Sequence record: DRR723986_4017
Reading direction: 5' to 3' (one strand)
DNA: 28,385 bases
Below, one piece after another: positions 1-9,194 of this stretch. The position numbers were made by a program, and so were the translations under genes. The first letter of the stretch is position 1, and the number at the start of each line of letters is the position of its first letter. The notes beneath the pieces were generated by a model. It worked only from the letters and a program-made list of their open reading frames with translations, ran no database searches and was not told where the DNA came from.

Positions 1-214
1 TGTTCCGGCGCTTATCATCCTCTGGGGTTGTCGCCCCTGTTGCCTGGTCATTCTGCTGTTCAGCCTGCTGCTCTTGTTCTGTGGCTGATGGGTCTTGTGA
101 TTGTTGATCTTGAGCAATCGCAAAAGCGCTCACCGTCAACAGGCCGCCACTTAACAAGCCACAAACCATTGCGCTTAAAAGTTTTCGTTGAATTACAACC
201 GGGAACCGTTTCAT
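1..214 (-). CDS. Secreted hypothetical protein, N-terminal fragment (runs off the window start)
   Basis: Translated by hand from ATG at 214: MKRFPVVIQRKLLSAMVCGLLSGGLLTVSAFAIAQDQQSQDPSATEQEQQAEQQNDQATGATTPEDDKRRN..., open to the window edge. Signal-peptide-like N-terminus (basic, hydrophobic, A-x-A) followed by a Q/E-rich linker. Not in the ORF track. Confidence 0.75.
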   Translation of the reverse strand, partial: MKRFPVVIQRKLLSAMVCGLLSGGLLTVSAFAIAQDQQSQDPSATEQEQQAEQQNDQATGATTPEDDKRRN

Positions 215-270
215 ATCAATGCTATATCCGTGACCTTAAAGACTGCTGCTGGACCTTAGCCGTTTACTAT

Positions 271-411
271 TCAGGACGGGAAGCGATCATTATTCAAGGT
301 TTTGGTCACTTTCTCTGAAGGTGCCGGGATATCCCATGTCATCAGAAATAAACCACCGCCAACAACGACAACTGCAGTAAGCGCTAACAAAACTTGGGTT
401 AATTTCGACAT
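271..411 (-). CDS. 46-aa single-pass membrane microprotein
   Basis: Translated by hand: MSKLTQVLLALTAVVVVGGGLFLMTWDIPAPSEKVTKTLNNDRFPS*. AGGAAG RBS upstream. One hydrophobic helix followed by WDIPAP...NDRF, recalled as a small alphaproteobacterial hypothetical divergent from aroK. Confidence 0.8.
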   Translation of the reverse strand: MSKLTQVLLALTAVVVVGGGLFLMTWDIPAPSEKVTKTLNNDRFPS

Positions 412-635
412 TTCAACACTTCCTAATTACAAAACAACATAGCTTTTGCGGCCACTGCGCACGTTAACTCCATTTTATAAGTCTAGCATAGCGCCAAGTC
501 CAGCGATGAAAGCGGCTTTTCAACGGTTAACAGCCTAAACATCCCGGCACGGCATGTCGAAATTATGGCTTAGAATAATCTTATTCCCCGAATCACGTAT
601 AAAAAGCCTTTGCTGCATTGGCATTGTGGCTATAA

Positions 636-1232
636 ATGACAGCTATGTCAGTTGAAACAGATCATATTGAACAAACATCAAACCGTCCGGGTGAGACTTC
701 GCCTTTTGTTGCACAAACTATTGTGCTGGTTGGCCTTATGGGGGCGGGGAAAACCACGGTGGGGCGGCGTCTTGCTCGCCGACTGGGCCTTGAGTTTGCT
801 GATTCTGATTTCGAAATTGAAAAAGCCGCCCAAATGACTGTTGCTGATATTTTTTCCACATACGGCGAAGACTATTTTCGGGCGGGCGAACGGCGCGTTA
901 TTTCGCGGCTTATGGGTGGCCCATCCCGAGTGCTGGCAACCGGCGGCGGGGCTTTCATAAACGACGAAACACGTTCTCTCATGAAAGAGAAAAGCATAAC
1001 CATATGGCTTGATGCCTCACTTGAAGTGCTAGTTGAACGCACATCGCGGCGTGATACACGCCCGCTTTTACAAGGTGAAGACCCGGAAGCTGTTCTCAAG
1101 AAGCTACTTGCTGAGCGTGGACCAGTATATGCCACTGCCGACATCAAAATTCAGTCTTCGGACGGCCCTCATGACATGGTCGTTGACAGCATTATTGACG
1201 CGCTTAGAAACAAAGGGTTGATCAATGCCTAA
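636..1232 (+). CDS. aroK: Shikimate kinase
   Basis: Walker A GLMGAGKTT, D-S-D, GEDYFRAGE, ATGGG and RPLL motifs; upstream of aroB. The start may instead be ATG 645. Confidence 0.97.
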   Translation: MTAMSVETDHIEQTSNRPGETSPFVAQTIVLVGLMGAGKTTVGRRLARRLGLEFADSDFEIEKAAQMTVADIFSTYGEDYFRAGERRVISRLMGGPSRVLATGGGAFINDETRSLMKEKSITIWLDASLEVLVERTSRRDTRPLLQGEDPEAVLKKLLAERGPVYATADIKIQSSDGPHDMVVDSIIDALRNKGLINA

Positions 1233-2379
1233 GTCAGAAAATTCGCATAAAACTGAAAGCCCTGCGGTGACAAAGTCGGTAAACCTGAACCTGGGTGACC
1301 GGTCATACGATATTCATATCGGCGAAAACTTGCTCGATAACATGGAGTCATTACTAGAGCCGCTTTTGAAGTCCAAGCGCGTGTTCGTTGTTTCTGAATC
1401 GACAGTGATGGAACATCAAGGCGACAGGCTGAAAGTCGCTTTGCAAGCCCAGGATATTGCCGCAAAATGGTTTGTGTTAAACCCCGGCGAGGCAACAAAG
1501 TCTGCGGCGCAGTATGAAGCGCTCGTTTCATCTATGCTCACAGCAGGCATTGACCGAAGCGACACAATTGTTGCTTTTGGCGGCGGCGTTATTGGCGACT
1601 TGGCGGGTTTTACCGCAGCAACCATTCTGCGCGGTATCAATTTCCTCCAAATTCCAACAACATTGTTGGCGCAGGTTGACAGTTCTGTTGGCGGCAAAAC
1701 CGGCATTAACATGCCGCAAGGCAAAAACCTTGTCGGTGCCTTCTACCAGCCAAAAGCCGTGTTTATCGATATCTCAACCCTTGATACGCTGCCGCGCCGC
1801 GAATTGCTCGCCGGCTATGCGGAAACTGTAAAATACGGCCTTATTGATGACCCTGACTTTTTCACTTGGCTTGAAGACAATGGCCCCCTCATTGTGGACC
1901 GAAATACAGGCGCGGAAGGCGCTGCCGTCCGCATGCAGGCAATCGCGCACAGCTGCAAAGCAAAAGCGAGAGTTGTCGCAGAAGATGAACGAGAGGCTGG
2001 CAAGCGTGCTCTCTTAAACCTCGGCCATACCTTTGGCCACGCCTTAGAAGCCGAATGCGGCTATAGCGGCATATTACTGCACGGCGAAGCGGTAGCGATC
2101 GGCATGATAATGGCACTAGATGCCTCTGTTAGGCTAGGGCTTGCAAAGCCCGATGATTTAGGCCGCGTAACCACGCACCTGAAAGCTATTGGCATGAAGA
2201 CCACGGCCCGGGAAATTGGTCGCGCCATGACTGCCGATGCCTTGATGGTTCATATGACCAAAGACAAAAAAGCAGAAGCGGGAACCATAGGCTTTATACT
2301 AGGTGGCATTGGCACGGCAGCGGTTCACCGCGGCGTGGACCTTGAAATTATCAAAGCTGTGATACATGATTCGCTTTGA
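1225..2379 (+). CDS. aroB: 3-dehydroquinate synthase
   Basis: GGGVIGDLAGF, PTTLLAQVDSSVGGKTGIN, LNLGHTFGHA and LLHGEAV motifs; overlaps aroK by 8 nt. Confidence 0.98.
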   Translation: MPKSENSHKTESPAVTKSVNLNLGDRSYDIHIGENLLDNMESLLEPLLKSKRVFVVSESTVMEHQGDRLKVALQAQDIAAKWFVLNPGEATKSAAQYEALVSSMLTAGIDRSDTIVAFGGGVIGDLAGFTAATILRGINFLQIPTTLLAQVDSSVGGKTGINMPQGKNLVGAFYQPKAVFIDISTLDTLPRRELLAGYAETVKYGLIDDPDFFTWLEDNGPLIVDRNTGAEGAAVRMQAIAHSCKAKARVVAEDEREAGKRALLNLGHTFGHALEAECGYSGILLHGEAVAIGMIMALDASVRLGLAKPDDLGRVTTHLKAIGMKTTAREIGRAMTADALMVHMTKDKKAEAGTIGFILGGIGTAAVHRGVDLEIIKAVIHDSL

Positions 2380-2412
2380 TCCATCGTTTCATTTTAAGAA
2401 AGGCTTGCGGTA

Positions 2413-3696
2413 ATGAGCACCGCCGAACTCTTCACCACTGAGTTTTGGACCATAACAGGTATAATATTATTCCTGTTGCTGTTGTCTGGTTTGTTTTCAG
2501 GTTCTGAAACCGCGCTTACGGCAGCGTCCAAAGCACGCATTCACCATATGGTCAAACAAAATGACAAACGCGCCAAGCGCGTCGCACGGTTAATCGATAA
2601 CCGAGAACGGCTGATTGGCGCCATTCTTTTGGGCAATAATCTGGTTAATATTTTAGCGTCAGCACTGGCGACCAGCCTGTTTTTATCACTTATGGGCGAA
2701 GACGGCGTGTTCTACGCAACCATTGTCATGACTGCCCTTGTGCTCATTTTCGCAGAAGTACTGCCCAAGTCTTATGCCATCGCTAACACTGAGAAAATGG
2801 CTTTGGCTGTTTCTCGGGTTATCGGTGTTGTTGTGTTTGTTTTTGCCCCCATTGTGTCAATGGTGCAGAAAATTGTTCGGCTAACATTACGGCTTTTCGG
2901 GGTTGATATCTCCTCTATCGACAACGCACTTTCTGCGCAGGAGGAGATTAGAGGCGCTATTGATTTACACCGACATGAAGGCGGCATTGTTAAAGAAGAC
3001 CAACATATGCTTGGCTCTATCCTCGACCTTGAAGAGGTTACCATTGAAGATGTAATGGTCCATCGTAAAAGCATGCAAATTTTAGATGTTAATGCACCGA
3101 CCAACGATATTATTTCTGCTGTTGTGCGCAGCCCTTACACGCGGTTGCCGCTCTATGAAAATGACCCGGAAAATATTGTTGGTGTCTTGCACGCCAAAGA
3201 TGTTTTGCGCGCTCTGCGCCGTGCTGGCGGCCAAATGCACCGATTTAATGTCAAGCGCATCATGAATGCCCCCTGGTTTGTGCCAGAAACCACCAGTCTC
3301 AAGGAACAACTTAACGCTTTTCTGGAGCGCAAAGCACATTTCGCGCTTGTTGTAGATGAATACGGCGACATTCAGGGTGTGGTCACCCTGGAAGATATTC
3401 TAGAAGAGATTGTAGGTGACATTGCCGACGAGCATGATTTCGACCTGCCCGGCGTAAAATCCTATAATGATGGCACCGTGGTCGCGGAAGGGTCTGTGTC
3501 CATCCGTGACCTGAACCGCATGTTTGACTGGAAACTGCCCGATGATCAAGCCACCACTGTTGCCGGGTTGGTTATATACGAAACAGAAACAATTCCCATT
3601 GTTGGGAGCCGCTATACATTTCATGGCTTTAAGTTTGAGATAACTGCGCGCAGCAAAAACCAAATTACCGGTGTCAAAATCCGTAAAGAAAAATAG
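2413..3696 (+). CDS. HlyC/CorC (CNNM) family transporter: DUF21 + CBS pair + CorC domain
   Basis: FSGSETAL, ILLGNNLVNI, FAEVLPKS, VVDEYGDIQGVVTLEDILEEIVGDI, and a C-terminal CorC-like domain. Confidence 0.95.
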   Translation: MSTAELFTTEFWTITGIILFLLLLSGLFSGSETALTAASKARIHHMVKQNDKRAKRVARLIDNRERLIGAILLGNNLVNILASALATSLFLSLMGEDGVFYATIVMTALVLIFAEVLPKSYAIANTEKMALAVSRVIGVVVFVFAPIVSMVQKIVRLTLRLFGVDISSIDNALSAQEEIRGAIDLHRHEGGIVKEDQHMLGSILDLEEVTIEDVMVHRKSMQILDVNAPTNDIISAVVRSPYTRLPLYENDPENIVGVLHAKDVLRALRRAGGQMHRFNVKRIMNAPWFVPETTSLKEQLNAFLERKAHFALVVDEYGDIQGVVTLEDILEEIVGDIADEHDFDLPGVKSYNDGTVVAEGSVSIRDLNRMFDWKLPDDQATTVAGLVIYETETIPIVGSRYTFHGFKFEITARSKNQITGVKIRKEK

Positions 3697-3762
3697 CGAA
3701 ACACGCTCTATTCCTTGAGGTATAAGTTTGATTTTTTGCCTTAAGTATTCGAGTATAATTTT

Positions 3763-3802
3763 TGTACTATTGCAATACAGTACATAATACTGTAGACAGT
3801 AT
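3763..3802. promoter_or_regulatory. Two adjacent palindromes, candidate GntR/YtrA operators overlapping the gntR promoter
   Basis: TGTACT-N10-AGTACA (3763-3784) and ATACTGT-AG-ACAGTAT (3787-3802), ending 2 nt before the ATG at 3805. Confidence 0.65.
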
Positions 3803-3804
3803 GT

Positions 3805-4185
3805 ATGGAAATCGAAATAGACATCAACAGCCCGCACCCCGTATATCAGCAACTTGTTGATCAGATAATGGCAGGGATATTATCCGGCGCGTTATCCGGC
3901 GGAGACACATTGCCGCCAATAAGGTTACTGGCTGTTGATTTAGGCCTTAACCCCAACACGATAGCCAAGGCTTATAAGCAACTGGAAAGCCAACAGGTCA
4001 TTCAAACCGCCCGTCGCGCAGGCACATTTATTCGTGAAGACGCACAACTTAATTGTATCACGGCAAATCAGCGAAGTGCGGAATTTGAATTGGAACAAAT
4101 GGTGGATTCACTCGAGAAAAAAGGCATGAACAAGAAAGATATTGCTCGTCTTTTACGCGCTCAAGTGCGCCAATTGAGCGAATAA
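3805..4185 (+). CDS. GntR family transcriptional regulator, YtrA subfamily
   Basis: PVYQQLVDQI...GDTLPPIRLLAVDLGLNPNTIAKAYKQLE...GTFI winged HTH plus a short helical C-terminus; 126 aa. Confidence 0.93.
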   Translation: MEIEIDINSPHPVYQQLVDQIMAGILSGALSGGDTLPPIRLLAVDLGLNPNTIAKAYKQLESQQVIQTARRAGTFIREDAQLNCITANQRSAEFELEQMVDSLEKKGMNKKDIARLLRAQVRQLSE

Positions 4186-4229
4186 GAAAGGCCGTCAATT
4201 CAATATGAATTAGCGGCCTTTCTATTTTT
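4185..4229. terminator. Intrinsic terminator between convergent gntR and htpG, possibly bidirectional
   Basis: AGAAAGGCCG (4185-4194) and CGGCCTTTCT (4214-4223) arms, inner AATTCA/TGAATT pairing, followed by ATTTTT. Confidence 0.8.
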
Positions 4230-4246
4230 CAATTGGCGTAGCTTTG

Positions 4247-6151
4247 CTAAGCCAGCCCTTTTTCCATCGCGGCACTTAGGCGGCGCGCAAAGGCAGTGGC
4301 ATCATCCAGCGGATCACCTTCCAGAATTTTGGCCTGATCAAGCACCAACCAAACCGGGTCTGCCAAGGCATCAACAGCACCCTTTTCACCGGCGAGCTTT
4401 GCAAGCTTTTTCACCAATGGGTGTGAGGGGTTAATCTCAAGCACTTTGGCCGTCATGCTATCCAGTTGGTTATGGGCTTTCAGAATGCGCTCTAGGTGCA
4501 TATCCATGCCGCTATCGCTGGCAACCAAGCAGGCTGAAGTATCAGTCAAACGGTCGGTTGACCGCACGTCAGAAACCTTATCGCCCAGTACTTCCTTCAT
4601 CAGTGTCGTAAGCGTTGCAATATCGCCTTCACTTGCAGGTTTGGCTTTCTTCTTATCGGTTTTCTCGTCAGCAATATCTTTCAAATCGCTGTCACCGCGC
4701 GTGATAGACTTAAAGGGTTTTCCTTCAAAGTCAGGGGCCATTTGAATCCAGAACTCATCAACCGGGTCTGACAGCAAGAGCACTTCAATGCCGCGAGACT
4801 TAAAACCTTCCAACTGCGGGCTTTTAGCAACCGCTGCAGCATCAGGGCCAGTGATATAATAAATAGCAGACTGTTTGTCTTTCATCCGGCCAACATAATC
4901 TGCCAAGGTTGACCAACCTTCGGATGTGGTCGTACGGAAGTGAGACAACTTCATCAACGCATCACGACGCTCATGGTCTTCGTATATGCCTTCTTTAATA
5001 ACCGGTCCAAATTCTGACCACAGCTCAATGAATTTGGCATTATCTTTTTTGGCAAGCTTTTCAAACTCGCTGATAACCTTTTTGGTTATCGCTTTTGACA
5101 TGCGTGCAAGTGTTGGGTTGTTTTGCAGCATTTCACGGCTGATATTCAGCGGCAAATCCTGGCTATCAACAACGCCGCGCATGAAGCGTAGCCAACCCGG
5201 CAAAAGGTCTGCGCTATCGTCGGAAATGAACACGCGTTTTACATATAGCTTCACACGGTTTTTACGCGCCGGGTCAAACAAGTCCATTGGTTGCTTGGTT
5301 GGCACAAAAAGCAGCACCGTATATTCCTGCATGCCTTCAGCTTTATAATGCAGCGTAATGGCAGGGTCATCGAATGCATGGCCAACGCTGCGATAAAATT
5401 CGGTATATTGCTCTTCCGTAATGTCAGACTTTGGCCGCGCCCAGATGGCAGACCCTTCGTTGACCACTTTGGGTTCTGCGTCGGCTTCTTCGCCGCCTTT
5501 TATCGCCAGCGTAATCGGCACTTCAATATGATCGCTATATTTGGAGACAATTGTCTGCAGGCGACCCTGTTCCGCAAATTCGTCGGCGTCATCTTTCATG
5601 TGCAGTGTAATTTGCGTGCCGCTTTCGGTGTGATCACTTTCGCTAACCTCGTATGAACCTTCACCTTTACTTGTCCATAACCAGCCCTGCGCCTCACCTG
5701 CCTTGCGGGACCTAACTTCAACGGTGTTAGCCACCATAAACACGGAATAGAAACCAACCCCGAACTGACCGATAAGCTGCATATCAGATTTGCTGTCGCC
5801 AGTAAGCTGATCAACAAAATTCGCGGTGCCTGACCGGGCAATGGTGCCAAGGTTTTCGATCAAATCGTCGCGGTTCATGCCAATACCGTTGTCGGCAACA
5901 ACCATTGTTTTGGCTTCCGGGTCCACCGTAATTGAAATACCAAAATCGCCGTTGTCTTTTAGCAAGCTGGCATCAGTTACACCGGCATAACGCAATTTAT
6001 CGCAGGCGTCTGACGCATTGGATATCAGCTCGCGCAGGAAAATCTCACGCTCTGAATAAACTGAATGAACCATCATGTGCAAAAGTTTGGAAACCTCTGC
6101 CTCAAAGCCCATTTTCTCTGTTTTATTACTCGCTTCAGACTTTTTACTCAT
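4247..6151 (-). CDS. htpG: Molecular chaperone HtpG (Hsp90)
   Basis: FLRELISNASDA, NLGTIARSGT, IGQFGVGFYS, DLPLNISREMLQ and LEINPSHPL motifs. Start set at ATG 6151 (MSKK) because a GGAGA RBS precedes it. Confidence 0.98.
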   Translation of the reverse strand: MSKKSEASNKTEKMGFEAEVSKLLHMMVHSVYSEREIFLRELISNASDACDKLRYAGVTDASLLKDNGDFGISITVDPEAKTMVVADNGIGMNRDDLIENLGTIARSGTANFVDQLTGDSKSDMQLIGQFGVGFYSVFMVANTVEVRSRKAGEAQGWLWTSKGEGSYEVSESDHTESGTQITLHMKDDADEFAEQGRLQTIVSKYSDHIEVPITLAIKGGEEADAEPKVVNEGSAIWARPKSDITEEQYTEFYRSVGHAFDDPAITLHYKAEGMQEYTVLLFVPTKQPMDLFDPARKNRVKLYVKRVFISDDSADLLPGWLRFMRGVVDSQDLPLNISREMLQNNPTLARMSKAITKKVISEFEKLAKKDNAKFIELWSEFGPVIKEGIYEDHERRDALMKLSHFRTTTSEGWSTLADYVGRMKDKQSAIYYITGPDAAAVAKSPQLEGFKSRGIEVLLLSDPVDEFWIQMAPDFEGKPFKSITRGDSDLKDIADEKTDKKKAKPASEGDIATLTTLMKEVLGDKVSDVRSTDRLTDTSACLVASDSGMDMHLERILKAHNQLDSMTAKVLEINPSHPLVKKLAKLAGEKGAVDALADPVWLVLDQAKILEGDPLDDATAFARRLSAAMEKGLA

Positions 6152-6238
6152 TGCTCGTCTCTCCAAATAGTCAGGGCGCGCTTTACTTCGCGCCAGAACT
6201 TCGTCGGCAAAAGGCCGCGTTTAAATTAATTTTCCTTG

Positions 6239-6266
6239 ATTTAGGAAACAAAACTCGTGGGTCAAG
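6239..6266 (-). promoter_or_regulatory. RpoH (sigma32)-like promoter of htpG
   Basis: Minus strand CTTGAC-N15-CCTAAAT, one mismatch to the alphaproteobacterial CTTG-N17-CYTATNT consensus. The -35 element overlaps the stop codon of the upstream gene. Confidence 0.6.
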
Positions 6267-7299
6267 AGGTGGGGGTACTTGTTTCGGCAGAAATTATAAA
6301 GTCTGCGCGATTTTGGGTCAAAATATCAGCGTCGAAACTTGATAGTTTAAACAACCAACCGCGCGTTTGCGCGTTAATCGCAGCCGCCTCTGCAACACCC
6401 TCAGCTGGAGCATCATGCAATTGGCCAGCCGCTCCTTCATCCAATAGTGCGGGATCATAACTTGCTGCCATTTGCGCCCAGGTCCCATCTTCCATGGTAA
6501 ACAGCGTTAGCGCCAGCTTAAGGCCATCATGGGTCACCACATTCACCGTACCTATTGGCTCAGCCAAAGGGTTGGCTGTTTGCAAAATATCCTCAAATGT
6601 TAAAGCCGTTAACGTGCGTGCGGGTTCTGCGCGCCTGAAGGCGGCGGCCATTTCTTGCCCCTCGCCCAAGTCGTCAACACTATAGGCCGTCTCGCCGAGC
6701 GCACGCACCAGCTTTACATCATTAAAGGCGATGCTTTGAATACGCGTTTCTGCGATTGTCGGCAGGCTTTTGTCCAACCATTCTTGCGGGTCCATGGGGG
6801 CAGCCTCCAGGCCACTTACCAACCAGGCACGCGTGTCCGTGGGTTGAAACACAAAAGTAAGCGAGCGGCCATTATCAACGCGCCTGCCCATTTTAAAATC
6901 AATTAAAACGCCGCCTGTATCGTCGGCTAATTGAATATTGGTAGCATCGTCCGCAAGGCCCAGTTTACCGAACCTGTCTGCGTTTGCCGTTTTGGGCTCA
7001 CGGCGCTTAGACAGCGCAAAACCGCGCAAGAGAGACTTTACTTTTTCGCCGTCTGCTTTGTAGCCAAAACGTTCAGAAACAGTCCAGCTGTCACCGTCAC
7101 GCAGCAGCGTTACAATGCTCTCACCTTTGGTCAGTGTAACTTTTGCTGTTTCATTCACACGGTCAACAAGGCCTGCAAATGTTGGCTCACCGCGCCCACC
7201 TTGGTCACGGCTAGGGTCTTCGCCGAACAGTATCCAAATGGCGACCAAAATAGCGGCCAAGGTCAAATAGCCCAGTATGTTCGTTATGCGTTCAGACAT
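6262..7299 (-). CDS. DUF4340 domain-containing membrane-anchored protein
   Basis: N-terminal TM helix (ILGYLTLAAILVAIWILF) and WTVSERFGYKADGEKV pattern; fourth gene of a Gld-like ABC operon. Start moved to ATG 7299 (MSERIT) to avoid overlap with the upstream gene. Confidence 0.8.
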   Translation of the reverse strand: MSERITNILGYLTLAAILVAIWILFGEDPSRDQGGRGEPTFAGLVDRVNETAKVTLTKGESIVTLLRDGDSWTVSERFGYKADGEKVKSLLRGFALSKRREPKTANADRFGKLGLADDATNIQLADDTGGVLIDFKMGRRVDNGRSLTFVFQPTDTRAWLVSGLEAAPMDPQEWLDKSLPTIAETRIQSIAFNDVKLVRALGETAYSVDDLGEGQEMAAAFRRAEPARTLTALTFEDILQTANPLAEPIGTVNVVTHDGLKLALTLFTMEDGTWAQMAASYDPALLDEGAAGQLHDAPAEGVAEAAAINAQTRGWLFKLSSFDADILTQNRADFIISAETSTPTS

Positions 7300-7313
7300 G
7301 GTTTTGAAAGACC

Positions 7314-9194
7314 TTACAAAAAGCGGTGCTTGCCGCGGCGACGAACCACAAGCCGGATCAAAACATATAAAATGATCAGAATTGGCATGAGAGCAATATT
7401 GATAAAGGCAAGCCAATCACCCAAATCTTCAATATTTTTACGCAGATTGCGCTTCACATTCCGCAGTTCTTTCCGGGTTTCTAACAACTGAGCACGGAAG
7501 GTTTCAATTTCAGCTTCCTGCTCCACCGAAAGCACAGAGTTTCCGTCAGGGTTTTGCCCTTCAAGGGCTGCAATACGCGCCTCTGTTTCGCTTAAGCGGT
7601 TTTGCAACTCTTCTTCTTCAACCAGATATTTTGCTTCTGCCGCCCGTCTCAATTCATCAACCTTTTCAAATGGTCGCTTGGAAATACCGCGCCCCCTAAG
7701 GTCAAGCATGGCCTCAGAGCCAGAGATATGATCGGCCAAATTCAGAACGAAACTGCCATTGCCCGCAAGCGGCACAGCAACGCGTTGGCCCAGCATGTCT
7801 TGCACCTGTACCCAGAAACGATCATCAAACAAATCGCTGTCAGCGGTTAGAACAATGTTGATATCACCGCTGGCAACAGGGCCATCTGCTGTGTCAGTTC
7901 CGGCTGCGACAACAGCCTCTGCTACACGGTCAGGAAATGCCGTATTAGCAGCACCCTGCACACGCGCAGAAAGCACATATGTTTCGCCAGTTGGCAGCAT
8001 ATCGCGCAGCAAGCTGTCCGGGTCGGGCAGACCAACCGCGCGCTCAGATGCATAGAGCATTGCAGCGGCACTGGATGTTACCAGTGGGTCGAATGTTGTT
8101 GTGGCACCCTCAATGGCCGCAACGGCGCCGGTGCTCGCAAAGTTTAAGCTACCAAGTGCGCCAGTCACAATATCGGTTTGCGAGAGGAACCCGTCATCTA
8201 TGGAAAGCCAGAATACGTAATCTTTTACTGAGTCTGGTCCAAAACCGCCCATTTGCACACGCTGCGCCAGTGACGAATCGCCAACCACTCTATCGCTGGC
8301 CATGGAAACACCCCACGACGTCAATAGCGGCCCTAGCGAACTGCTGCTAGCCACCGTCGCGCGCGGGTTTACGGCTTCAGCATGCGGGTCGAGGAAAATC
8401 AGGGCTTTGCCGCCTTTAAGCACAAACTGGTCAATGGCAAAAAGCTGATCATCAGACAAGGCCGGTGGATGCACCAACATCAACACATCGGTAGGCGCAG
8501 GAATTTCCGTGAAATCGATCGGCAAATCTTCAACATTAAAAAAGTCGAACAGCTGCTCGTATAGAACATATGGTTGCGACTGACCTGCCAACATCGCTTG
8601 CGGGCCACCGGGTCCAAATTGCATCGGCAAGGTTGTCATCAGCGTCAGCGTGCGTTTGCTGTCTGTGTCCAACGTGGCCAACAATTTAACCAAATCATAC
8701 TCGAGGAATTTTTCCCGTTCATCAGCAAAAAAAGGAATGATTGCCTCGCCGTCCACAGCATCCGCAACCGTAAGACCCATATAAAGCGTTGAGCCATCAC
8801 TCAATGGAATGCCGCGCAAGCCCGCGGCCACCGCCTCGTCTTCTTCCTCAGAGAAGGCCTCCGGGTCAATGATAGACAATTGAATGTTGGCTGTATTTTG
8901 CGCCTGAAACGCGCGCAGCAAATCTTCAATGCGCTTTCCGTAGCTTAACAATTGAGGAAACGGTGCCGCCATGGTTTTCGAGAAATAGAAGTTCAATGTT
9001 ACCGGCTCATCATAGGAAGCCAGTAATTGTTTCGTTCCATCAGACAGTGTGTACAGTTGCTCTGCGGTTAGATCAAAGCGCGCACTGCGGAAGAAACGGT
9101 CTTCTATAATAGTGATGGACAAAAACACCACCGCAGCCAACACAATCTGAACGGTTGCACGTTTGGCGAGGAACGCTTTAACTTTTTCCATCAT
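7314..9194 (-). CDS. GldG-like ABC transporter auxiliary component (ABC_transp_aux)
   Basis: N-terminal TM, RFDLTAEQLYTLSDGT, EYDL, IDQFVLKGGKALIFLDP and ADSDLFDD motifs; C-terminal coiled coil and TM helix. Confidence 0.9.
   Translation of the reverse strand: MMEKVKAFLAKRATVQIVLAAVVFLSITIIEDRFFRSARFDLTAEQLYTLSDGTKQLLASYDEPVTLNFYFSKTMAAPFPQLLSYGKRIEDLLRAFQAQNTANIQLSIIDPEAFSEEEDEAVAAGLRGIPLSDGSTLYMGLTVADAVDGEAIIPFFADEREKFLEYDLVKLLATLDTDSKRTLTLMTTLPMQFGPGGPQAMLAGQSQPYVLYEQLFDFFNVEDLPIDFTEIPAPTDVLMLVHPPALSDDQLFAIDQFVLKGGKALIFLDPHAEAVNPRATVASSSSLGPLLTSWGVSMASDRVVGDSSLAQRVQMGGFGPDSVKDYVFWLSIDDGFLSQTDIVTGALGSLNFASTGAVAAIEGATTTFDPLVTSSAAAMLYASERAVGLPDPDSLLRDMLPTGETYVLSARVQGAANTAFPDRVAEAVVAAGTDTADGPVASGDINIVLTADSDLFDDRFWVQVQDMLGQRVAVPLAGNGSFVLNLADHISGSEAMLDLRGRGISKRPFEKVDELRRAAEAKYLVEEEELQNRLSETEARIAALEGQNPDGNSVLSVEQEAEIETFRAQLLETRKELRNVKRNLRKNIEDLGDWLAFINIALMPILIILYVLIRLVVRRRGKHRFL

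Noticed and set aside
28..318. 96-aa plus-strand ORF in the track
   Set aside because: It is the antisense shadow of two better-supported minus-strand ORFs (1-214 and 271-411) and has no recognisable motif.
6175..6217. Two small hairpins in the htpG 5' UTR as a possible ROSE/fourU thermometer
   Set aside because: The GGCGCG/CGCGCC and CGGC/GCCG stems do not include the GGAGA SD, and no U(U/C)GCU or UUUU anti-SD pairs with it convincingly.
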